The translations under genes and the position numbers were made by a program. A DNA stretch of 64,000 nt, taken from the NCBI RefSeq assembly GCF_018350175.1, contig NC_058368.1, positions 174,222,001 through 174,286,000 on the forward strand. Direction: 5' to 3'. Below are positions 46,925 to 57,700 of this stretch, one piece after another. This DNA comes from Felis catus. Taxonomy: Eukaryota. The number at the start of each line of letters is the position of its first letter. Position 1 is the first letter of the stretch. The notes beneath the pieces are model-generated. The model was not told where the DNA came from. It did not search any database and saw nothing but the letters and a program-made list of their open reading frames with translations.

Positions 46925-47536
46925 AAAAATGGAAGAGGGTGTTTTTTTGGTAAGATCATAAACAGATTACACCTTGCCTTATGAAAAATGGAATACCACC
47001 CGCCAAAGCTCTCTGCGGCCACTCCCTTCACTGCTCGCTCTCTGGGGACCCGGGAAAGGATACCACTTCTCTCCACCCATCTGTTCCACATTCATCTCCT
47101 TCTTTATTGATCAGCTCCTCCACTTAGAGAAGGAAGCTCCCTCCTAGCTTCCTTGTAGGTTTCAAGATAAAATATAGCTGTTCTGAGAATGTGAATTACT
47201 GTAGATGTGTACAAAGTCACGTGTAATAGTGTGAACTCCACTCCAGTTGGTTCTCTCAGAGTATTGGCAAGTAACTATTTGATGCATATCTTCCTGGTTT
47301 TCTTGCTCAGCGGATGATGATGGTGCAAGCCTCTAGTTGCTGAGCACTTAATATGTTCCTAACATTGTTCTAAGACAATACATGCTTTAGTCTTCATTAA
47401 AACAACCATTTGGAGATGATACGGTTACTTCCCACTTTAGAAATGAGAAAGATTGAGATTAAGTAATTTTGCTCAAAGCCATATGGCTGATAATGTCAGA
47501 GCCAGGATTCAAACATTCAAACCCAGCCACCTTGAA

Positions 47537-47540
<4 letters not shown>

Positions 47541-47572
<32 letters not shown>
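47541..47572. repeat. (AC)n microsatellite
   Basis: Perfect dinucleotide run. Confidence 0.95.
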
Positions 47573-47573
<1 letters not shown>

Positions 47574-48402
47574 ATAAACATAAATAGAAAACTATGTTTT
47601 TTTATAAAATAAAAACCCAGTGCTTTTCTGCATTGTTTCCTATATATAAAGTTTTACCTGACTCTTTTAAATTCCTAAAAGAGACTCCATTATATGGATC
47701 AACTATACTTTTTTTTTTTTTTTTTTTTTTAGCCAATCTCCTATTAATGTACATTATTTAGTTGCTCCCGATTTGTCACTTGACCCTCTTCCTCACCAGA
47801 ATGTCTGACTTGAGGCTTTAGCTATGTGGAAGTGACTTAGGCCTTGCCCTAAGGTGACCATTCAGCTCATCTTCCTACCACCAGACCACAGCTATATAAG
47901 TCATCTCTTCATTCAGATCTTCAAGAGAGAGGATCTGATGGGTCTCAGGCCAGCAGATAAGCACATGTGACTCCAAAGGCCAGAGAGAAGGCAGGTCCTT
48001 TGGAAGGGGCAGTGTGTGGGGCCAGCAACCTGCCAACACTCTTTGTTTTTTGGTTTGTTTGTTTGTTTGTTTGTTTTTCCCGTGTTGCCTGTTCATGAAC
48101 TTTGCCTGTTTTTCTATCAGAGTGGTTTTCTTTCCTTATGGGCTTATAAGAGTTCCTTGAATATCAAGCTTTGTCTGTGCTGCAGACATACTTTCTCATT
48201 TTGTTCTTTGTGTCCATGCCTTGTGCTATAAAGTAGCTTTGAACTACAATGTGATTAGATCAATTGATCTTTTCTTTAGCATTATTGACCCTCATGTCCA
48301 TCTGAGAAAGGCCTTTCTCAACCCAAAATTATAAATCTTCTCCCCCCATGATGGTCTCTATTACTTTCATGAGTTTTGTCTCACGTTTAAATATTTGATC
48401 CA

Positions 48403-48575
48403 GGGGTGCCTGGGTGGCTCAGTCAATTATGTGTCCGACTCTTGATTTCAGCTCAAGTCTTGATCTTATGGTCATGAGATGGAGCCTCGTGTCAGACTCC
48501 ATGCTGGGCGTGAAGCCTGCTTAGGATTCTCTCTCTCCCTCTGCCCGTCCCCCTCCTGTCTCTCTAAAAATAAAA
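48403..48575 (+). mobile_element. Older carnivore Can-SINE
   Basis: ggggtgcctgggtggctcagtc...gactcttgatttcagctca...gaagcctgcttaggattctctctctccctctgccc, with a short A tail. Confidence 0.9.
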
Positions 48576-48642
48576 TCTGGTCCCTTAATTTTGTCTATTG
48601 CTTTTATGGATTTGTCTTACATTTAAATATCTAATCCATTTT

Positions 48643-48965
48643 GGATGTGAGGGCAACCTGGCTGTGACATCCATCACCCCATTATTGCCAGGGTTGATTC
48701 GGCTGATCTGGCTGGCCAGGCTGGTGTCCCCTTCCTCCCTCATGGCTCCCTGTGCATCCTCTCAAAGCCATGTGCTGCCGAAGAGAACGAACTTCCCCGA
48801 TAGAGGAGTACTGCTCTTCGGTCAAGGGTATAGGAGTAGTTGCGCTCTCCCGCTAGAACCTCCAAACAAGCTCTCCAGGTCCATTTGTAGGACAACATAG
48901 GGTGGTCAAGCTTTCAAGATTCCAGACACATCCAAATGAGGTGCTACATGTGGCAGTCTGCCTTT
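48643..48965 (+). pseudogene. RN7SK: Full-length 7SK snRNA processed pseudogene
   Basis: Colinear with 7SK from GGATGTGAGGGC through GGGTTGATTCGGCTGATCTGGCTGG and GCTAGAACCTCCAAACAAGCTCTC to TGTGGCAGTCTGCCTTT. A-rich tail; TSD taaatatct(a/c)atccattt at 48624-48641 and 49231-49248; many CpG transitions. Confidence 0.95.
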
Positions 48966-48980
48966 AAAACAACAGCAATA

Positions 48981-49193
48981 GGGGTGCCTGGGTGGCTCAG
49001 TCGGTTAAGTGTCTGACTTCGGCTCAGGTCATGATCTCACGGTCCGTGGATTCAAGCCCTACGTCGGGCTCTGTGCTGACAGCTCAGATCCTGGAGCCTG
49101 CTTCGGATTCTGTGTTACCTCTCTCTTTGTCCCTCCCCCACTCATGCTCTGTCGCTCTGTTTCAAAAATAAATAAACATTAAAAAAAAAATTT
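48981..49193 (+). mobile_element. Can-SINE (SINEC_Fc2-like) nested in the tail of the 7SK retrocopy
   Basis: Complete SINE; TSD aaacaaca(g/c)caa on both sides, lying inside the 7SK TSD pair. Confidence 0.95.
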
Positions 49194-50444
49194 AAACAAC
49201 ACCAACAAACACAAACAAAAAAACCCCCAATAAATATCTCATCCATTTCAGATTTGTTTTTAAAATCAAGTTAATAATCTCTCAAATAATTATCCCAACA
49301 CAATTGGTTGACTAGACCACCTTTTCTCTACGGATCTGCAATGTCTTGATGTCCTATCATATCACATGTTGTGGTGTTCATGAGCAAGGGACACTAGAGT
49401 TGGACCGACATGGATTTTTGGCTCTGCTCTGCTACTTACTGGCTTGTGACCTTGAGCAGGTTCATATCTCTGGGTTTATGCTTCCATATGTGTAAAGTAG
49501 GGTTGATCAGGATTCCTGATTCACAGGATTACTAGGGGATGCAATGATACAGCACAGGCAAAGCACTCCATGAACATCCTTATGATTATGATTTCTTAAG
49601 TTCCCCGCCTTCAAGAGCCTATGCCTGGATCCTCACTGTTTCCTTCCGTCTGCTTCTGCCACAGAACCACACCACTCGCATGACCCTAGTTCTATAAGTA
49701 TATTATCTATTAGACTGGAAACTTCTTGAGGACAGGGATGGTGTTCTATAACGGGCGTTCAATAAATATCCACAGAAAGAATGAATGAATAGCGTGAGCT
49801 CCTCTCCTTACTCCATTTCTTGAACATTTTCTTGGCTACCCTTGAACATTTTTTCTTCCAAATTAATTTTAATGAACGTGCCAAGATCTTCTTCTAGGCA
49901 CTAATGGGACTTTTATTGGCTTTACAACAAATCAATGGGGCAATTTGAGGAGCAACCCGGGAATGTGATCTGCAGTCCCTTTACCCAGACTTCCTGCTTT
50001 GTCGTGCTTCGCAAAGCGGCATCATGTCTTTGCTACTGGCCTTGCCCGCTTGCCTGAAGATTATTCCTGGCTATTTTGCTATTACTCTTGCCCTTTCGAA
50101 AGGGGTCTTTCTCTACAATAGTAACTGAGCATTTAGAATCTTGAGTCAGACCTCCCCTTCCTTCTGAACTTCTGTGGTTCAGAGCACTGGCTTTGGAGCC
50201 TGGCAGATCTGGGTGCTAAACCACTTAATAAGCATGTCACCTTGACAAATCATTTGACCACACTGCGTCTCACTTTCCTGGTCTGTGGCAGAGAAGTGGT
50301 GTCTGCTCCATGCATGTAAACATTCAGCAAAATATTGTGGGTCCCGCTTTTAGGGTGTTGCCTGGTATCCTTGCAAATATGCAATAAATGTCTGCTCTTA
50401 CGATTAGTTAGTAATATCTCTGACATAAATATTTTATAACTCTT

Positions 50445-50666
50445 TTTTTTTTAATTTTTTTTTCAACGTTTATTTATTTTTGGGACAGAGAGAGACAGAG
50501 CATGAACGGGGGAGGGGCAGAGAGAGAGGGAGACACAGAATCGGAAACAGGCTCCAGGCTCTGAGCCATCAGCCCAGAGCCTGACGCGGGGCTCGAACTC
50601 ACAGACCGCGAGATCGTGACCTGGCTGAAGTCGGACGCTTAACCGACTGCGCCACCCAGGCGCCCC
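50445..50666 (-). mobile_element. Young feline SINEC_Fc
   Basis: Near-consensus sequence (tttcaacgtttatttatttttgggacagagagagacagagcatgaacggggg...ctgcgccacccaggcgcccc), CpGs intact, perfect 14-bp TSD attttataactctt at 50431-50444 and 50667-50680. Confidence 0.97.
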
Positions 50667-51134
50667 ATTTTATAACTCTTAAGCAATGTATTATCATGCT
50701 GGGCATTTCATTATTGCTACATACAAAAAATATTTATAACCCCCTCTCCCCACCTCATGTCTTTGGTAGCTGGGGACCCTTCTGTTCACTAAGCACATGT
50801 GTTGAGTACTCAGTCTAATGACCTTTCAGATTCTTAAAGTTGATATTGATGTTGGGTGTGGAGATGCTGGAAGAGCGTGGGATTTCTCTGCCTAAGACCC
50901 TGGAGCCTGGAGCTGGGAGGCAGGAAATCTTGGGCAGGATGAGGTGGGTTTGGGGGAAAGATTCTGAGAGAGAGACAGAGAGACAGAGAGTGGAGAGATT
51001 GAGCATGAGATACACAGGTAATGGGAAAGGAGGGTTGAACCAATGTGTCAAATGTCATGGGGATTTGGGAGGTAACCCCCCTTCCTAGCTCCTTCACCCT
51101 TACAGACTCTTACGGCTACCATGTTTTTTTTTTG

Positions 51135-51425
51135 TTTTTCGCAATGCCACTGAGCTGGGTGTCCTACAATTCAACTCAATTCTGACACTATCTACTAGAG
51201 ATAGCATCAGATCCTGCCAGTTAAGGGCTCAGTCCCACAAGACTGCCCCCACCCACTTCAGATGCCAGTCTGAAGACCAGATTGCCACCCGTGCTTCTGA
51301 CTGACCAGACCGATCATTGGCCTTTGGGGACTGATTCATCCTCCAGCCTCCCTCCTCTCCCCATAAGTGAGAAAATAAGGGGTTAGGGGTGGGGACCAGA
51401 AGTTCTAACCCTCCAATCACCCGGA
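51135..51425 (-). mobile_element. MER21-type LTR fragment
   Basis: agctgggtgtcctacaattcaactcaattctgacactatctac...taagggctcagtcccacaagactgccccc...cttcagatgcca. Confidence 0.8.
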
Positions 51426-53980
51426 CGCAGACCCACCCCCACTCTCTCCTGCCCTCCTGGCAAACTGCCCACTAGCTGAGCACAATGGATTCTCTTAATA
51501 AATCCCTACTAAATTTTCTCAAAACCTGAACCGGGTGCCCAGACTTCTCAATCTTTTTTTCTCACATTCTAAGCGTAACTGATGTCTTGCCGGGTAAAGC
51601 ATGAGCTCCCTTATCTGATTCTATTCCAGCCCCGCTCCAAAGAGAGGGGGGGTCTTCCCTTCCAATCCTCAGCCAGAATTCCCCAACGTGAAGGGATGCC
51701 TCTTTCCAGAGTGTCTGCAGATTCAGCTGGACTTCTCCAGCTGACTAGATGGAAGATGTCGTATTTTGAATATTCACTGCATACCCAACGTTGAAGTAAG
51801 CATGTATGTCTACATAATAAGTTCATTTCACTCTCATAGTTACACAGGTAATCATCCCTGATTTATGGGTGAGGAAAGTGGGGCTTGGAGAGGAGGAGGC
51901 CCTTGCTTAGAGTAACATACGAGGCAACCATATGTTGTGCATTGCACAACTCCAGGCAGTGACATTCATACGCTACGTGAATTCGCTGGTAAGAGCCAGT
52001 GCCAAGACTTGAACTTGATCTTTCTGGCCACACAGTGCATGCTTTCAATCACTGTGCTACGTGCCTTTGTAGAAAAGAAGACCCATGGGGCCTCAGAACC
52101 CACCTCGCCCAGAACTTGCAAACTGAGGAGCCAAGAGTTGTGTCCAGCCTGTTTTATTTGTCTGGTATATTGGAGTCAATGGTTACAAATTCAAAGATGT
52201 CACCTAAAAACCCAGACTTTTGTCATCTAAAAAGTCAAACACTGGGTTAAGGCTCACAAGGTAGCATTGGATGGGAACTGAGGAGTGGCTTTCTTGACAG
52301 GGCGTGAGTTCTCTACTTCACTGAAGTCCCCACCCTTCCTTTGGTCTTGGACACTTGTCCACCTCACTCATGTGCATTACCTCCTGGGCCCTGCAGTCAC
52401 TGGGCTATGTAACTTCTGCTACAAATGTCTAATATACATACGTGAGTCCTTGCCTTCTGGGTACTCCCCAAACCATTGCCCATGTGGATTCCTCCCCTGG
52501 GAAGCCCAGTTCCCTTTCTCCCCCGAGAAACTCCTACTCATTCCTTGAGCTTCAGCTTGATGAGCCTCTGATTGTCCCTCAAGTATTGCAATGAGCTATT
52601 TACTTCTCCCTTCCCCCGGTGATGGGCTTCCTGGGGACTGGGGAAGTGTCTTTGATCCCTTCATCCCTCCTCTTGCCCAGCATGATACCTGGCCCAGAGT
52701 CTGTAGACACTAATCAGCTGGTCTATCTCCCTTTCCCTCTTCTCCCTACTGGCAAACCGCCCCCCCCCCCTAAGGATCAGAAAGGACATGTGACTTTTCC
52801 CAGAGCACACAACACAGACCATTTGAAGAGTAGGAAGAACTCTTGGTGACCATTTCCTAGAACAGCAGGCAGAAGGGAGTAGCAGCTGGCTTGAGGACCC
52901 CGCCCCCCCCCCCCGCCGCGTCCCCCACAACCCATTGGTCTTCTGACAGTGCTCACAGTCTCTTTTCCACATTCAAATTCTGGCTGATGCCTTGACTGTG
53001 GTAGAATCATGAACTCCCCATCCAGTTCTATTCTGTCCCAGCTCCAAAGAGTGGGGTCTTCCCTATTTCCCTACTCTGAACTCAGCAGAAAGAACACCTC
53101 TTCCCCAGGCCCTCAGGTTCAACTCCATGTGGGGGACGGCATCTGCTAAGCTATCAGTGACATTCCCTTTGAATTCTATTTCCTAACAGAGCCCGGGAAT
53201 TTTTCTGGGTTTCCAGAACATCTAATGCCATAACTGGATTGGGCAAGAATGAAAAGTGGGACCACTGGCATTTCTCAATTCCCTTCCATCCCTGAGCTCA
53301 ACGAAGGAACCCCTACTCAATCTATTTTGGAGTTGCTGATGACAGAGTGGAGGAAAGGCTCAGTCCCAGGGCTGGGGAGGTCACCCATGGCCCAACCTTA
53401 CTGCTGTCCTTATTAGTATATCATAGATTCTGGTCCCAGGACCTCAAGCACAGCTGGATGCCCCCGAGCGAAGGCTATTCATAGACCCTGAGAGGCCCCA
53501 GCTCTCAGGCAGCCAGCCAAGGCCTGAAGCATCCATTCTCTTCTTGCATGGGTGCAGCTTCCTTCCAGAGCCAGCACCAGTGACTCTTCCCGTAATCAGG
53601 AAGTGCTCCAAACTACAACTTGCACTGTTCTTGTTTGGTTTCCTTTGGTGATGAACAGTCTTTTAGTGTCCTTCTGATTCTGTTTACCGCTCGTCGAGCT
53701 CTTATCAGATTTTGGGTTAGGGGGTGGGGTCCTTGCCCTCACAGAGCTTATTATGGTCCAGGGGGAACACAAAAAGACAAGCAAAGAGTTACAGCGCAGC
53801 AAATAAACAGTAGAAATAAATACGACAAAGCAAATCCTATGATAAAGGAATATATGATGTTTAATATTAAAAAAAAAGGAAGCAACAGATTTTCCCATCC
53901 AAACAATGCCCTCTTCTGCAGCCATCAGACGGGGTGTTGGTATCTGGTGTGACCGGGATAGAAAGGGGTTCAAGATACGC

Positions 53981-54472
53981 TGTTGTCCAAGGCCACCAGC
54001 CAAAGATCGCCAGGAGCACATCTGTGGTCAACAGGTAGGTTTATTTGGCTCGCTACAGTGAGGGGGGACGCAGCCCAGGGGGATCACAAGGATGGGGTTG
54101 GGCTGGGAGAGTTCCTCAGAGAATTTAAGTTTGGGTGATTCTAAAGTGGAATTAAGGAAGTGGGTTCCTTAATTAAGGAAGTGTGTCAAGTCACAAGGGC
54201 AATTCGGCCTTTGGGTATCTTAATGCATTTTATCTTGGAGGCCGTGAAAAACTGTCAGTCATTCACATTAGTCAAAGGAGGGGGTATTTAGTAACTTCTG
54301 CGGCCTCTGAACAGGTTTGTCTGTGTCTTAGTCAAAACACAGATGCAGCATGGGCCAGGGTGAGCCCTGCACCACTGAGGCTCTGTTTGTACTCCGTGAG
54401 CATTGAGCATCGTTTATGTTCAGATGGGGACATCACAGTCTGGCAGCCAGCAGAGAAAATTTCTATGTCTCA
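53981..54472 (-). mobile_element. MER90a-like ERV1 LTR
   Basis: Minus strand: agataaaatgcattaagatacccaa...cccacttccttaa...aataaacc...tgtgctcctggcgatctttggctgg. Confidence 0.7.
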
Positions 54473-54482
54473 TTGATAATTG

Positions 54483-54517
<35 letters not shown>

Positions 54518-54694
54518 AAAACAAACACAAAAAAACCCAAACCGGTTTCCGAAGTTAGTACGCACAAATACATAATATATAAGTACCAATATGTAAGTAT
54601 GAACTTACCTCTTTTCTTTTGGGCAGTAGGAGTCAACAGAAGGATGATACAGAAGACTGTCGCCTGTCAGGGTCTTACATTCACAGGTAGTAGC

Positions 54695-54746
54695 TCACAT
54701 AGTCCTCTCAACACCCCTGTCACATAGTCCTCTCAACACCCCTGTC
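54695..54746. repeat. Perfect 25-bp tandem duplication
   Basis: tcacatagtcctctcaacacccctg repeated twice. Confidence 0.95.
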
Positions 54747-57700
54747 GCTGTTCGATAGAGGGAGCAACTAAAGCTCAGAGTGGCGGGGGCGTCATGATTT
54801 GAGCGCGGGTCCAGGAGAGGCCACAGCCAGACACTTTTGACTGCCTTAGGCCAGCTGAGAGGCGATAATGAATCCCCTGTAATTCAGCCACAGCAGGCTC
54901 GAATGGTCTGCCCTGCTCCAATGTGCGTGGGGAGAAAGCTGTTCCGAGCCCTCATCTGGAGTCTATCTGATCCAAGATTCCCGAGACAGCAGTGGGGTGG
55001 TGTTTGGGCAGACCGCTGGGAAAGTCCAGGGCACAGGCCGTTCTGACAAAGGGCTCAGCTTCCAGAGGCCCCCTAACTGCCCCCTGATGGTCGGCTACCA
55101 GGGCCTCTGCCGAACAGGCAATAGGCCTCCCTGTGACCTTACCCACTGATCTTATCTGCCTACCGTAGGAGGGCGTCAGCCACACAATGGCATTCCTTCT
55201 GTACCACATGCAAAATGAAGTGTGGGGGAGCCTAGCACAGCCAGAAGAAACCCCGGAACTTGACTAGCAGGTGCCCCCATCATCTCCCAACGGCACCTCA
55301 AACCCAGCGTCTTGACTGCAGCGTGTCCTGGCGGCCCTCCCAGGCCTCCTGGTCTCCCCGGCAGCCTTTCTTCTCACCCCTGGGGATGATTCCGAAGCTC
55401 AGATCCAGTCTGGCATGTCCCCCGTTAAAACCATCCCAAGATCTTTCAGCCTTTTACTAGTGCCTTTTCCCTGGACCCACCTCCTTTCTTTCTTCCCCAA
55501 ACCTGCCAGGTGGGAAATTTTGGCAATGGCATGGGCTGAGTTCCCCGTCATTGCAGATACTCAAGCCGAGGCTGGTGAGGGGTTTTCTTTGTGACTCTGG
55601 GGACCGAAATTCTAGGAGCCCCCTCATTTCTGACAAGCCCCGCGGGGGGAACAGTGCAGGTCCTCAGACTGGCTCAGCTTTCCTTAGAAGCCATCTGATA
55701 GTGGGCAAGCCATTCATTGACTCCCCGGGCCTCCTCTGTACGGTGGGCATGTTGACGGCCACCTAACAGGATAATTGTGGAGATGAAATGTGACAAGGCT
55801 CATTAGCCCCTAATGCAGTTCTGGGCACACACATGGCAGGTGTTACTCTGTCACTTGGGCCCCAGGCAGACCTGCTGCCTTGTGCCAGAGCCCGGGCCTT
55901 GGGTCTGGACTGAAAGCCTTTAGGGGGGCAGGAAGCCCACCGGCCCACTAGGAGGGCTCCCTTCTCTCCCTTATTTCTGTATTCCTTAGGTGTGGGTTTG
56001 TTGTTCCCCAAACATTTCCTACCTCCTAGCCTTCGCTTATGCTGTTCCTTTCCACCAGCGCATCCTCCTCTCCATGTCTATTCACATGTCCATCCAACAA
56101 TACGTATTCGTTTTCTGACCCTGATTTTGTGTCAGACACTGTTGTAAGCCCCGAGGATACAACTGTGAACAAAGCAGACGGGGCCTTTGTTTCATGCAGC
56201 TTGCATTCTAGTTGGAAGGGAAGTAATGACATTATTAAAACAGGTAATGTTAACTGCAATGTCCCATATGGTAATTAGATGATGTGTCTGGTGGGGTGGG
56301 GGTTGGCTGCTTTGGGAAGGGAGGTGAGGGGTGGTTGCAAACTGCAGAAACCAGCTCTGGTTAGTGAATGCTGGGCAGGAACTGAGTAGGGCACTGGGTA
56401 GCTGGATGGCTTTACCTGTATTGGAGAACAAGACTTGGAAAGGGGGCAGGACCCAAGAGAGACCTCAGCCAGACCAGCCATAGCACAGTCAGCCTAGAAA
56501 GCTGCCTGGCACCCTCTCTGCTGCCCTGTTGGGCCCAGGATTTGATTGTTTTCACCACTGGGAATAGTTTCTGGTTGTCCCATTGGAATGGCTGAAGCTA
56601 GATCACATGCTTGCTCCATAATTCCCAGGGGGGCAGGAGAGAGAGAGAAAGAGAGAGAGATAGACAGAGACTGGAAATCTACCGTTCTTTGACCTCCCTG
56701 ATGTGAAGGATGATCTATTGTGGAGTAGCCGAGAAATGATAAGCGCCTGAAGCGTGGACGCCTGATTTGAGGTCTAAATGATAAAGAACAAGTGATGCAA
56801 AAATGGGGGTAATAGGCATTCTAGAAAAAAGAAGTAGCAAGTGCAAAGGCCCTGGGACAGGAATGAGCTTGATTTATTCAGGGACGGAAAGAAGGCCATG
56901 TGATGGGAGAGCAATGAGTGAGAGAGGGACCAGGAGGATAGATGGGCAGGGGGAGCTGCCACTGCCACAAATCCCCTCCCCCTCCCATCTCCCCAGATTC
57001 AGTAGAGATTGCCTGGCTCTGAATTTCCTCCACATCTGAGTTGCAGTATCTCGTGAACACCGCATACTTTCTGTCTGACCTAGCCGTTATTTATGGGCAC
57101 GCCTGACTCCGAGAGCCCCCAGAGGGTACATATAATGGTTGTATTTTCATTTCTGTGTCTCAGGGCCCAGAGAGAGCTTGGCACAGGAAAGTTCTTAGGA
57201 TAGGCTGAATTCTTTAATCAGCTGCCACAGGGGCACAGCATGTTAGTAACGCAGGAACCTGTGTCGAGAAGCACTAACATTTCTAGCTCTCGTGTAGACC
57301 TTGTACCTACCAAGCAGAGTATCCCATCAGGCTACATGTTGCCTATGAGAAAGTTCCTAGTATTCCCATGGTCGCTGAGAGTTTGGTGGTCGGAAACTTT
57401 TTGCAACGTGGGTAGACATTGGGGATGCCTGGCCACGGTCATTGCCCCTCTTCCTTGCTACCGAAGCCCCAGTTCTATGCAGCCGGCAGCACGTCTAACC
57501 CCAGGGGGTGAGGGTGTGGTTGGTGTCAGCGGATCACGTGATCTGGTCATCTACTGCTGTGTAATAAATTACCCCAGAACTCCGAAATCAGATAGAAGCT
57601 GCATGTTCTTTTACGACCTAGCCTTGTAAGTCACAGGGTATCACTTCCGCCAAGTTGCATTTTTCACCAAGTTCTTAAGGCTGGCTAAAATTCATGGGGA

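Noticed and set aside
48643..48965. Functional 7SK gene
   Set aside because: TSD, A-tail, CpG decay, mutated 5' GAUC and loss of the U-tract terminator indicate a retropseudogene.
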